Under the pieces are notes generated by a model. That model searched no databases, was not told the DNA's origin, and saw only the letters and a program-made list of their open reading frames with translations. Positions 1-9,199 of a DNA stretch of 64,000 bases are shown piece after piece. The translations under genes and the position numbers were made by a program. Source of the DNA: Chloroflexota bacterium (lineage in GTDB: Bacteria > Desulfobacterota > Binatia > UBA9968). Every line of letters starts with the position of its first letter. Positions within the stretch are counted from its first letter, which is position 1. The stretch covers positions 3,992 to 67,991 of the forward strand of contig JBLMXG010000190.1 of the NCBI GenBank assembly GCA_050257635.1, written 5' to 3'.

Positions 1-960
1 CAAGTTGGCGACGACCTTGACTTTCAGACCGAGAATCTTACCGTCTTTTCTAAGCGCCATCTCGGAGGTCATCGCCTGGTCGCGGCCTTGAATCGTCGTG
101 ATGAAGTCTTCGCTGCGGGTGGCAACCCATTTGATCGGCTTGCGCAATTTGAGCGCGAGATAGCAGGCAAGGATGTCTTCTCGATAGACCGGCCCCTTGC
201 TGCCGAAGCCGCCGCCGACATCCGGCGCAATCAGATGGATCCGGTTTTCGGGAAAACCCAAAACGCTCGCAATCTCAGCGCGGGCCCGATGGGGTCCCTG
301 GGTGGAAAGCCAGACGTTTAAGTTCTTGCCGAAGGGGTCGGGGCTGGCCACAATGCCGCGCGGCTCCATCGCCAATGCCACCTGCCGCGGGCTGGCGATA
401 TGCATGGTGAAGACATGGTCCGCCTCGGCGAAGGCTTTGTCGACGTTGCCGCCGTTTTTCACCAGCGTGTAACAGATGTTGCTGTCGATCTCTTCGCGCG
501 CGAGCGCCGCGCCGGGCTTGATCGCTTCCTCAGCATTCGATACTCCTGGCAATTCGGCATATTCGACTTCGATGGCATTGGCGGCATCCTGCGCTTGCGC
601 TCGGGTGCGCGCGACCACGGCTGCCACCGGGACGCCGACGCAATGCACCGCGCCGCGCGCCAATACCGGATGGGGCGGAATTTTCATGTTGGCCAGTACC
701 TGCGATGGCGCGAGGTTCAGCCTCTCGCCGATATCGTCGCCCGTGAGCACGGCTTCGACCCCGGGCATGGCTTTGGCCTTGCTCGTATCGACGGAGAGAA
801 TCTTCGCATGGGGATAGGGGCTGCGCTGGACCGCGAGATAGCGCATGCCGCGCAATTGGATGTCATCGACGTAACAGCCCTTGCCGGTGATTAATGGCGG
901 ATCTTCGACCCGCTTGAGCGCGGCGCCGATGAGTCCGTCGGGTGTGTGTTCGGTTGTCAT
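1..960 (-). CDS. Xanthine dehydrogenase / aerobic CO dehydrogenase family molybdopterin-binding large subunit (CoxL-like), N-terminal 320 codons; 3' end runs off the window
   Basis: Not in the ORF track because there is no stop inside the window. Reverse-complement translation from ATG 960-958 reads MTTEHTPDGLIGAALKRVEDPPLITGKGCYVDDIQLRGMR... and stays open to nt 1 (...MALRKDGKILGLKVKVVANL). GAGGGG SD lies 6 nt upstream. It follows the small and medium subunit genes on the same strand. Confidence 0.8.
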   Translation of the reverse strand, partial: MTTEHTPDGLIGAALKRVEDPPLITGKGCYVDDIQLRGMRYLAVQRSPYPHAKILSVDTSKAKAMPGVEAVLTGDDIGERLNLAPSQVLANMKIPPHPVLARGAVHCVGVPVAAVVARTRAQAQDAANAIEVEYAELPGVSNAEEAIKPGAALAREEIDSNICYTLVKNGGNVDKAFAEADHVFTMHIASPRQVALAMEPRGIVASPDPFGKNLNVWLSTQGPHRARAEIASVLGFPENRIHLIAPDVGGGFGSKGPVYREDILACYLALKLRKPIKWVATRSEDFITTIQGRDQAMTSEMALRKDGKILGLKVKVVANL

Positions 961-1051
961 GATTAACCCCTCAATACGTGATCGTGTTCGTGCTCGAAAG
1001 TTACAACCCTCGTGCGCTCGTTTTTCCAAACACGGGTCACTGCCACGATTT

Positions 1052-1921
1052 TTAGCCTTTTGCCCGCTCCACCGCTGCTTCGATGGCCTTGCGCGCGTAC
1101 ACCGTTGCGACATGTTGTTTATATTCCGCGCTGGCGTAGGAGTCTTCCACGGGGTCGGTCTCCTCGGCGGCCTTTGTCGCCGCGGCGGCGACGATTTGGG
1201 AAGTGAGCGGCTTGCCTTGAAGCTCCATTTCCGTCGAAATCGCGCGAAGCGGGCCACTGCCTAGCCCGCCGATGGCGACTCGCGCCGAAACACAAGTGCC
1301 TGACGCTTGCCGCGCGATCATGGCGCCGGCGCTGACGACGACATAGCCCGAGGCCGGGTGGGGCAGCTTGGCGTAAGCCGTGCCGGTTTCCGAAGACGGA
1401 ATCGGCACGCGGATTTCCGTGAGGATCTCGTTCGCGTTCAATGCCGTGGTGTAAAAGTCAATGAAGAAATCGTCTACTTCAATGGTTCGGGCGCCTGATG
1501 GCGAGTGGGCGATGAACGAGGCGTTGAGCGCGGTTAAAACGACCGGCAAGTCCGCGGCCGGGTCGGCGTGTGCGATGCTGCCGCCGATCGTGCCGCGGTT
1601 GCGCACCTGCATGTCGCCGATCACCGACGCGGCGTCGGACAGTCCCGGTACATGCCGGCGCACGAGGTCCGACGAGGCCACGTCGGCGTGGACCGTGAGC
1701 GCGCCGATGACCAGTTGATTAGCGTCGACTCTTACCCCGCGCAGGCCGGGCACAGTGCCGAGATCGATCAACATGCGCGGCGACTGAAGCCGAAACTTCA
1801 TCGCCGGAATCAGACTATGGCCGCCCGCGAGCAGTTTCCCGTCCTCGCCGTGTTTAATCATCAACTCCAGCGCTTCTTCTATCGACCGGGCTGCGACATA
1901 GCCGAATTTAGCGGGAAACAT
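1052..1921 (-). CDS. FAD-binding medium subunit of xanthine dehydrogenase/CO dehydrogenase family (CoxM-like)
   Basis: 289-aa ORF MFPAKFGYVAARSIEEALELM...LLAGGHSLIPAMKFRL...RNRGTIGGSIAHADPAADLP, the typical FAD_binding_5 pattern. GGGAGG SD precedes the ATG. Confidence 0.85.
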   Translation of the reverse strand: MFPAKFGYVAARSIEEALELMIKHGEDGKLLAGGHSLIPAMKFRLQSPRMLIDLGTVPGLRGVRVDANQLVIGALTVHADVASSDLVRRHVPGLSDAASVIGDMQVRNRGTIGGSIAHADPAADLPVVLTALNASFIAHSPSGARTIEVDDFFIDFYTTALNANEILTEIRVPIPSSETGTAYAKLPHPASGYVVVSAGAMIARQASGTCVSARVAIGGLGSGPLRAISTEMELQGKPLTSQIVAAAATKAAEETDPVEDSYASAEYKQHVATVYARKAIEAAVERAKG

Positions 1922-1945
1922 TTTCGCCTCCCTTCGCGACCAGGC

Positions 1946-1973
1946 GTGAGGCCTGAGGCACGAGGCTTGAGTT
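1946..1973. repeat. Tandem heptamer repeat (gtGAGGC ctGAGGC acGAGGC ttGAGtt)
   Basis: Read directly in the coxS-coxM intergenic spacer. The 18-mer aggcgtgaggcNtgaggc recurs at 30452-30469. Confidence 0.6.
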
Positions 1974-2002
1974 CGGAACAGGTCTCGGATCGAGGCTAGG
2001 GT

Positions 2003-2503
2003 TCATGCCCGTCTTCTCCTCATTCTTTCTGCCGCCCACTTTATCGACTCGACGATGTTCACATAACCCGTGCAGCGGCAGAGATTACCTTCGAGAGCGT
2101 GCTTGATCTCTTCCTCAGTGGGGTTGGGATTGGTTTCCAGCAGATGGACCGCGGTCATGATCATGCCCGGCGTGCAATAGCCGCATTGAAGGCCGTGTCT
2201 CTCGCGAAACCCTTCCTGCACGGGATGAAATGAGTCACCGACGGCGAGCCCCTCGATGGTTTTCACGTCGGCGCCGTTTGCTTGCACCGCGAGAATCGTA
2301 CAGGATTTCACCGCGCGTCCGTTCAAGTGCACGGTGCAGGCGCCGCACTGGCTGGTGTCACAGCCGACATGCGTGCCGGTTAAACCCAAATGCTCGCGCA
2401 AAAAATAAACCAGCAGCGTGCGCGGCTCGACGACGGCATCGCGTTTGACGCCGTTGACGGTCACGCTAATCGGCACCGCGGCGTACTCGGCCTCAGCAAT
2501 CAT
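2003..2503 (-). CDS. (2Fe-2S)-binding small subunit of xanthine dehydrogenase/CO dehydrogenase family (CoxS-like)
   Basis: Cys patterns [11 protein letters not shown] and CGYCTPG...CRCTGY. I place the start at internal ATG 2503 (MIAEAEY...) because GGAGG lies 8 nt upstream. The longer track ORF (to 2566) adds an Arg/Ser-rich leader. Confidence 0.9.
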   Translation of the reverse strand: MIAEAEYAAVPISVTVNGVKRDAVVEPRTLLVYFLREHLGLTGTHVGCDTSQCGACTVHLNGRAVKSCTILAVQANGADVKTIEGLAVGDSFHPVQEGFRERHGLQCGYCTPGMIMTAVHLLETNPNPTEEEIKHALEGNLCRCTGYVNIVESIKWAAERMRRRRA

Positions 2504-2711
2504 ACTCCAAGGTCCTCCGTTTGAAGTTCTGTGGGTTGATCTCCGGCGAGAATATCGCGAGATCATTGGCGTTCGCCGTCGACTGTGACAGAGACGCTAG
2601 ATTGCTGTCTTACACCTGATTAGAGCCGGTCTCAAGACGCCGGCGCCAAGGGCGTCATCCTTTCGCCAAGCTTGTCTTGACAGGCCGGAGCGGTGCCGAT
2701 AAGGAGCTTCA

Positions 2712-4025
2712 ATGAGCGCTCCGATTGAAGGAGGTGTCGACGTGGATATCAAATCCCTGATCGATCCCGAGGGCGGTATCGTCGACCGGCGCATCTTTGC
2801 CGATCGCGAAATCTACGAGATCGAGCGCGAGCGTCTATTCGCCCGCTGCTGGCTTTACCTCGGCCACGAGTGCGAGATTCCCAACCCGGGCGATTTCGTT
2901 ACCCGCTACATGGGCGAAGAGCCGGTGATCCTCTGCCGCGATTTGAATGGCAGAGTGCGCGTGCACTTGAATATGTGCCGGCATCGCGGCAACCGCGTCT
3001 GCCGCGCCGATCGTGGCAACACGAAGCTTTTCACCTGTTCGTATCACGGTTGGGCGTACACGGGAGACGGCCGGCTCGCGCTGGTGCCGATGCTGGACGC
3101 TTTCAAGGATCTCAACCGAGAAAAGTGGGGCTTGATTCCGGTCGCGCAGACCGACAGCTACAAAGGGCTGATCTTCGCGACCTTCGATCCGGAAGCGCCG
3201 AAATTATTGGACTACCTGGGCGACATGGCCTGGTATCTCGATATACTTTTCGACCGGCGCGCGGGCGGCACCGAAGTGAGCGGGCCGCATCGCTGGCTGC
3301 TCGACGCCAACTGGAAAACCGCGGCGGAAAATTTCGGCGGCGACGGCTATCACATTACTGCAACCCACGGCTCGGCGCGCGAGCTCGGCGTCGATACGAC
3401 CACGAGCTCGACCCGGCAATGGAACCGAGGCTGTCAGATCGCCTGCGCCAACGGCCATATTCTCGTCTCCTGGATCACACCTCCGGACGGCGGACCTTGG
3501 TTTGCGCAGCCCGACGATCAACTCGTCGAATACATGAAAGAACATGCGACCGAGATTGAAAACCGGCTCGGACCTGTGCGGGCGCGGCAAATTGCGCCTT
3601 CGGCGGGAACGGTTTTTCCGAATCTATCCGTCCACTGGCTCACGCGCACGATCCGCGTCTGGCAGCCGCGCGGGCCGGATAAAATGGAGGTGTGGAGCTG
3701 GACCGTCGTCGATGAGGCAGCTTCGCGGAAAATTAAAGAAATCATGCGCTTCGTGTCACAGTATCGTTTCAGCCCGAGCGGCGTTTTCGAGCAGGACGAC
3801 ATGGACAACTGGATCCAAGTCACCGGCGCGGCAAAGAGCTTGATTGGCCGGCGCTTTCCCGCGAATTATCAGATGAGCGGCAACGAGCCGCCGATTGAGA
3901 TCGACCTGCCCGGGCGGGTGAGAAGCCGGTTCAGCGACAACAATCAGCTAAGCTTTTATATGCATTGGGCCAAGATGCTTCAGGCGAAAAATTGGAGCGA
4001 AGTTTCGAGCATGCAAAATGGTTAG
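2712..4025 (+). CDS. Rieske non-heme iron aromatic ring-hydroxylating oxygenase, alpha subunit
   Basis: Rieske motif CRHRGNRVC...CSYHGW. Mononuclear iron motif ENFGGDGYHITATH (E-x3-D-x2-H-x4-H). AAGGAG SD. Confidence 0.9.
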   Translation: MSAPIEGGVDVDIKSLIDPEGGIVDRRIFADREIYEIERERLFARCWLYLGHECEIPNPGDFVTRYMGEEPVILCRDLNGRVRVHLNMCRHRGNRVCRADRGNTKLFTCSYHGWAYTGDGRLALVPMLDAFKDLNREKWGLIPVAQTDSYKGLIFATFDPEAPKLLDYLGDMAWYLDILFDRRAGGTEVSGPHRWLLDANWKTAAENFGGDGYHITATHGSARELGVDTTTSSTRQWNRGCQIACANGHILVSWITPPDGGPWFAQPDDQLVEYMKEHATEIENRLGPVRARQIAPSAGTVFPNLSVHWLTRTIRVWQPRGPDKMEVWSWTVVDEAASRKIKEIMRFVSQYRFSPSGVFEQDDMDNWIQVTGAAKSLIGRRFPANYQMSGNEPPIEIDLPGRVRSRFSDNNQLSFYMHWAKMLQAKNWSEVSSMQNG

Positions 4026-4527
4026 CGGGCTGCGCCGTCAGATCGAAGAATTTCTTTACTATGAAGCCGAGCTGCTCGACGATCGCAAACTGCGCGAGTG
4101 GCTCGATCTGCTTACCGACGATGTCCGTTACTGGATGCCGATTCGTCACAATGCTTTCGAGCGGCCCGAAGATCCGGCCGAAGAGCTTTCGAAGCCCGGC
4201 GAGGGATATTACTTCGACGACGACAAAAAGACTCTCCGTGTAAGAGTCGAGAGGGTTTACGCCAGAAACGCTTGGGCGGAGATGCCGCCGTCGCGGACGC
4301 GCCATCTCGTTTCCAACATTCGAATCAAGAAGGATGACGGCGTCGAAATCGAAGTCCACTCCAACTTTCTAGTGTACCGCACGCGCATGGAGACCGATCA
4401 AGACATGTTCGTCGGAATGAGAAAGGACATTCTGCGCAGAGTCGACGGTGCTCTCAAACTCGCTCAGCGAACGATCATTTTGGATCAAGCGGTCCTGAGC
4501 GCGAAGAACATCAGCGTATTCTTATAG
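4018..4527 (+). CDS. Ring-hydroxylating oxygenase beta subunit (NTF2/SnoaL-like fold)
   Basis: 169 aa. The ATG overlaps the alpha subunit stop by 8 nt, which suggests translational coupling. EEFLYYEAELLDDRKLREWLDLLTDDVRYWMP is typical of beta subunits. Confidence 0.85.
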   Translation: MVSGLRRQIEEFLYYEAELLDDRKLREWLDLLTDDVRYWMPIRHNAFERPEDPAEELSKPGEGYYFDDDKKTLRVRVERVYARNAWAEMPPSRTRHLVSNIRIKKDDGVEIEVHSNFLVYRTRMETDQDMFVGMRKDILRRVDGALKLAQRTIILDQAVLSAKNISVFL

Positions 4528-4557
4528 GACCGAGTTTTAGTTGGTTGTCTTTCGAGC

Positions 4558-5841
4558 TTACTGTTTCTCGTTCGACCGAAGCGCGTCGAGGGCTTGCTGC
4601 ACCAATTTTCGGCGCAGTTCTTTTTCATCCTCGGGCTTGAGCTTGGCGTCGCCGGTGACGTGGACGATGCCGGTGCCGAGAACGACGCGGTTGGAGCCGA
4701 CCATTTTGGCGATCGGTTTGGCGGCGGTAATTTGCACGACGGGAATGCCGGCTTTTTCGAGTTCGGTGGTGATCGCAGCGCCGCTGCGAGTGCTCGTGCC
4801 TCAGGTGGAGGTGAGGATCACCGCGTCGACGCCTTCCTGCTTGATTTTCTCCGCCATCTCGCGCCCCAGGCGCCGCGTATTCGACAGCGGATTCGACCGG
4901 CCGCAGGTGGAGAGAAACTCGTCGTGCAGTTTGCCGATCACGCCGTTTTTTTCCATCTCGCGCAGGACATCGAGCGGCACCAGCCGGTCGGGATCCTGCT
5001 GGACAAACCGGGTGTCGTAGCCGCCGTGGGATACTTCGTAGTCTTCCGCGCGCAAGTCGTCGCTGCCCGCGATGCTATAGGCACCCCAACGGGTGGCTGC
5101 CGTGCCTTCGATGCGGTCCGGGTTGCCCTTGGGAACCAGTCCACCGTCGGTGATCAACATCACTTTGGCTTTGGAAATGTCTTTGACCGCTGGCGGGATC
5201 GGCACCGGCGCAAAAGCGGTCGCGGGCATTTCGGATTCAAAAGGCGCACCGCTCAACTTGGCCATGAGCATATCGCCAAGCCGGGTCGCCGCGTTCTTCT
5301 CGACCAGCTGATCGCGCAACCAGCCGCGCTGTAAATATCCTTCTTGAGCGGGCAAACCGATCGGCTCTTTGGCAACCAGTTTTCGGCTGAGGCTTGCCAT
5401 CGAGCCAACCACGTCGCGCAGTTTGGTCACGTTGGTGCCGGAGTCGATGATGTAGAGCGCATCGCGGAAAAGGTCGACGCCGGGATTCTCTTCGCTCATC
5501 GCGGCGACGGCCGCAATGCCCAGCTCGTCTTGCACGGCGCGGCAAATCGCCCCAGCCGCCATGCCGTAGCGGCCGGCGTCGAAGCATGGGCCAGCGACAA
5601 ACAGATCCAGCTTCTCGGCGCGGATTCTCTCCAGCACCGCGGCAGTGAGCTCGGCCTGGTTTTCCACGGCGTAGTTATCGCCGCAAACAAAAGTCAAAAC
5701 GACTTGGGCGTCGGCGCCGAGCAGCGATGCGAAGAGCTTGCCCGGTCCGACCGCGCCGAAGCGAATTTCCAGACCCTGGCCCGCATGTTCTTCCGCCCCG
5801 ATGCCGCCGAAGAACTGATTCAAATAGTGCGCGATGCGCAT
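4558..5841 (-). CDS. Glycine/sarcosine/betaine reductase selenoprotein B family protein (GrdB-like), with in-frame UGA (4803-4801) read as selenocysteine
   Basis: Track ORF 4801..5859 ends ...DAVILTST-TGA. The same frame continues GTSTRSGAAITTELEKAGIPVVQITAAKPIAKMVGSNRVVLGTGIVHVTGD... for 80 codons to TAA 4560-4558. The whole 427-aa product is colinear with GrdB (MRIAHYLNQFFGGIG, AGPCFDAGRYG, DGGLVPKGNPDRI, SHGGYD). Start is ATG 5841, with AGGAG 6 nt upstream. Confidence 0.8.
4773..4789 (-). promoter_or_regulatory. Candidate bacterial SECIS hairpin for the grdB-like UGA
   Basis: Sense strand UCGCAGC-GGC-GCUGCGA: 7-bp perfect stem and a G-rich apical loop. It starts 11 nt after the UGA. Confidence 0.4.
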
Positions 5842-5928
5842 GTGAAACTCCTGAGGCAAAAGGCCATGATGAAATCAATGCAATCGCGGTTCTTAACTAT
5901 TGCCTAACGCCTATTGCCAATTGCCTTC

Positions 5929-7209
5929 CTAGTACACCAAAGACCTCATTCGCGACGCGCCTTGCTGGTTGGTGACGCCGACGATGTTGTTGGCATCGAG
6001 GGTCATGGGGCCTATCAACAGGTCGGAAAACCCGGGCGTGGCTGCGATGACGCGATCGACTTTGGGCACTTGCCATTTCGTGCCGTTGCCGCCGTTGTAG
6101 ACGATGGCATCGACTTCGGGAACGTTGAAGAGCAGCGCCGACTCGACGCGCCGGTCGCGCGATACGTCCGACACCATGACTGCCGTGCGAATTCCCATGG
6201 TCTCCAGAAGGCGCGCGGTTTCCGCCAGATCGGCGTGCGGCAAGCCGCCGCCGTACTTGGAGAGCACCGCACCGTCGGCCTTTAGATTCCAGCCGACCAG
6301 ATTGGCTGCCGCCCTGCAGTGGCGCTCGCGATCGAAATTGTCGGAGCCCGCGATTGTCGCGACGGCGCCGACAAAATTGATCTCGCGCGCATGATGGCGG
6401 CGATAGAGATCGAGAATAATTGGCTGGTTTTGATAAAAATAAGTTTCCGTGCCGCCGAACCAGGAGTGCAGCGACGGCACGATGGCGCCGTCGAGCCATT
6501 CGTCGGGATGAAGCATAATCGGCAACATGCCGTCTGTATTGGCTCCATAGAGAATCGGCTCGTCGACTTCCGGTTTTCGTTGCCGCGAAAAAATCTGCCC
6601 GACGTACGCCACCCGCGGCAAACCTTCGTGCCCGCTCAATGCTGGTCCGACGGGTTCGAACTGATGCAGCGAGTGGGGCGGCTGATCCGCTGCGATTCGC
6701 GCGAGCGCCACTGCAACCCGCAGTCCCGCGATGCGGTAAGCTCTCTCGATGGCTTGGCGGGATAGGCCCGGCTTGGTGTGTGGAACCACCAGCAGATGAC
6801 AAAGCGACGAATAGTCGCTCGCCGCAACCGGTGCGCCGCTCATTTCGAGCACCCGCCCAGTGGCGCTGCGGGTCAGGTCGGGGGAGATTTCCGCGAGCAC
6901 CGAAACCGCAGCGCCGGTCAGCACATGCGTTGTTCCGGTTCCGGCTGTGACCGGCGGGCCAAGAATGCCAGGGAAATCCGCGCCTGAGCCGGGCGCCTTT
7001 GAGCGCGGCTCAATGACGTCGAAAATCGGCCCGGCGCGGCAGCTCTCACCGGGATGGACGATGTCGAAATCAACGCCGATATAGCAATCGTCTTGCAACA
7101 CCAAACAGCGCAGCTCGCCGGCGTCAATGACCAGCGCCGTGCCGTCAAGCCGGGATGGGGCGCCGAATTTAAACTCGCGAATCAGATGCTTGGCAAGAGT
7201 CAGTTGCAA
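5929..7209 (-). CDS. Glycine/sarcosine/betaine reductase component B alpha/beta proprotein family (GrdE-like)
   Basis: LTLAKHLIREFKFG...IVHPGES...DVIEPRSK...GTTHVLTGAAV... is colinear with GrdE. I place the start at TTG 7209-7207 (AGGAAG 6 nt upstream). The track ORF start at 7389 would overlap the divergent gene and adds a non-homologous leader. Confidence 0.8.
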   Translation of the reverse strand: MQLTLAKHLIREFKFGAPSRLDGTALVIDAGELRCLVLQDDCYIGVDFDIVHPGESCRAGPIFDVIEPRSKAPGSGADFPGILGPPVTAGTGTTHVLTGAAVSVLAEISPDLTRSATGRVLEMSGAPVAASDYSSLCHLLVVPHTKPGLSRQAIERAYRIAGLRVAVALARIAADQPPHSLHQFEPVGPALSGHEGLPRVAYVGQIFSRQRKPEVDEPILYGANTDGMLPIMLHPDEWLDGAIVPSLHSWFGGTETYFYQNQPIILDLYRRHHAREINFVGAVATIAGSDNFDRERHCRAAANLVGWNLKADGAVLSKYGGGLPHADLAETARLLETMGIRTAVMVSDVSRDRRVESALLFNVPEVDAIVYNGGNGTKWQVPKVDRVIAATPGFSDLLIGPMTLDANNIVGVTNQQGASRMRSLVY

Positions 7210-7406
7210 GACACGCTTCCTTTCGCTGGTCGAGAGTTGCCCCTGTGAGTCACCGCGTTTCGGAGATCTTATTCCCGGCGAAAGAAGGTTGTCAACGTAC
7301 ACGGACAGTCGCGATAGCAGCAACGGAAAATATTCAGGGAGACGAAAGCCCGGTGCGCGGCCGAGACTGCGGCGCGGCGAGTTTTTCATGCGCCCCGGAG
7401 GGTGAT

Positions 7407-8927
7407 ATGAATATTCTCATTCCGACGTTGGTGTCGAACATGATCCGCTTTTCTCCCAACCCCAACCTCGCTCATTTGATTCGTTGGTACGAGTGGGAGG
7501 ATGACGCCTTTCAAAAAGCACGCGACGAGGATAAGCCGGTGATGCTTTTCCTGTCGGCTTTCTGGTGCCGCTATTGCCAACGCATGGACGAAGGCGCGCT
7601 GTCTGACCGCGAGAACATGGCGCTGCTCAACGCATATTTCGTTTCGCTGCGCCTGGAAAACGCCAAGCGGCCCGATATCGACGCACGTTTTAATCTCAAC
7701 GGCTGGCCGACCATCGCGTTTTTCACGCCGGCAGGACAGTTACTCGCCGCCGCCAACTTTCTACCCGTCGAGGAATTCAAAAATCTGCTGCTCAGCGTCT
7801 ATCTCGCTTATCGGGAAAGAAAAGCCGACACTCAGCATGCGCAATCGGCGCACACCGACGCAACTTTGCCCGGTCATTTTGCCAAAGAACCGCGGCAGGA
7901 TATTCTATCCGCGATCACGCAATCGATCATGACGCTCGCCGATTCCGCAAACGGCGGATTCGGGACCGGCCAGAAATTCATCCACGCGCCGGTACACGAT
8001 TTCTTGCTTAACCGCTACGAGGTGACCGGGAATCCCGTGTATCTCGATCACGTGAGCTTGACGCTGGATCGCATGCGCGAAGGTGAGATCCACGACGTCA
8101 AGGAAGGCGGATATTTTCGCACCACAACGGGCCCCGGTTGGGCACAGCCGCACCGCGAGAAGCTGTTGGTCGAACAGGCAGGTCTCTTGTCGAATTGTCT
8201 TTCTCTGTTTCGTCTGACCGGCCGCCATGAGTATGCGCGCATGGCCGAGGAGATTCTCGCTTATCTCGACGACAGGCTTTTCGATCCGAAGACGGGCGCT
8301 TTTTTCGGCTGCGAGGATTTTATCCGGAGGGGAACGAGCGAGGCTCCGTCGGGCGGAGAGTTTTTTTCGATCCGCGATGAATGCATCTACACCGACGCTA
8401 ACGCCATAGCCGCCATTGCCCATCTCGAAGCCAGCGTGGTCTTGGGTCGCGCCGACTGCAGAGAGCGGGCGCTCAGCCTGCTTGATTTTCTCTGGAGCGA
8501 TTGCCACAACGTCGAGGCGGGCATGTATCACTATCATGACGGCGCGCCGCGGCTGGCGGATATGCTGCTGGATCAGGCGCTGGTCGGGGTCGCAATGCTG
8601 GACGCTTATAACGCCAACGGTGATCCGAAATATCTCGAGCGAGCGCAAACAAGCGCGGAATTTATGCTCGTGGAACTCAAAAATCCCGACGGTGGCTTCT
8701 ACGATCGCGACGCACACAAGCTCAGTTTTCTCAAGCCTCCGCTGACGGATCTGGATCAGAATGGAGTCGCAGCGATATTTTTTCTAAAGCTGGCCCGGGC
8801 CGAGGGCAAACCACGGCATCGAGAGTCCGCGCTCTGGGCTTTTCGAGCTGCGGATGGGGACCCGGCTTCCCATGGTCTTCAGGCAGCTCGGTTCGGCCGA
8901 GCAGTAGCAGAATTTCTAGAATCGTAA
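7407..8927 (+). CDS. Thioredoxin-fold domain protein of the DUF255/YyaL type (N-terminal Trx-like domain plus alpha/alpha-toroid domain)
   Basis: WYEWEDDAFQKARDEDKPVMLFLSAFWCRYCQRMDE...RPDIDARFN matches the DUF255 N-terminus. Start is ATG 7407, after GGAGGG. Confidence 0.85.
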   Translation: MNILIPTLVSNMIRFSPNPNLAHLIRWYEWEDDAFQKARDEDKPVMLFLSAFWCRYCQRMDEGALSDRENMALLNAYFVSLRLENAKRPDIDARFNLNGWPTIAFFTPAGQLLAAANFLPVEEFKNLLLSVYLAYRERKADTQHAQSAHTDATLPGHFAKEPRQDILSAITQSIMTLADSANGGFGTGQKFIHAPVHDFLLNRYEVTGNPVYLDHVSLTLDRMREGEIHDVKEGGYFRTTTGPGWAQPHREKLLVEQAGLLSNCLSLFRLTGRHEYARMAEEILAYLDDRLFDPKTGAFFGCEDFIRRGTSEAPSGGEFFSIRDECIYTDANAIAAIAHLEASVVLGRADCRERALSLLDFLWSDCHNVEAGMYHYHDGAPRLADMLLDQALVGVAMLDAYNANGDPKYLERAQTSAEFMLVELKNPDGGFYDRDAHKLSFLKPPLTDLDQNGVAAIFFLKLARAEGKPRHRESALWAFRAADGDPASHGLQAARFGRAVAEFLES

Positions 8928-9199
8928 ATAGTTGATCCGGTCAATTCTTGTCGACAATCCGTCAAACTCGTGTTCGGCAAGATTGGTGGATTCAGCGACC
9001 TCAATCATCGGACCGCCGGGATATCACCGAAGCGCGCGTTCCGGAGCGAAATTACCCAAAGCCTCGCTCACGATCTGATCAAACCCCTTTTCACCCTTGC
9101 CGATCAGGCGAGAACCATTCAAACTAGGCAAGTCGGCAGAACCGAGACGGCGGCGTCACGGCCACGAAGCTCTTTTTAGCCTAGCGGGAGGAGGCGATC

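Noticed and set aside
1-960. Assigning the CoxL-like subunit to form I (true CO dehydrogenase) or form II.
   Set aside because: The diagnostic active-site loop (AYxCSFR versus AYRGAGR) lies beyond residue 320, outside the window.
5897-6802. Long ORFs antisense to or overlapping real genes. Examples are 5897..6802, 16752..17384, 23404..24336, 29245..30309, 36843..37604, 40235..41254 and 43033..43941.
   Set aside because: They are Arg/Ala/Pro/Gly-rich with no recognisable motifs. They always lie opposite a gene with clear family signatures. Such ORFs are the expected artefact of >60% G+C sequence.
7245-7406. 5' extensions of track ORFs, for example 7245 for the DUF255 gene, 7389 for grdE-like, 2566 for coxS-like, 29299, 30393, 52449 and 55869.
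   Set aside because: In each case an internal start with a good SD coincides with the beginning of family homology, and the extensions overlap neighbouring genes or are low-complexity.
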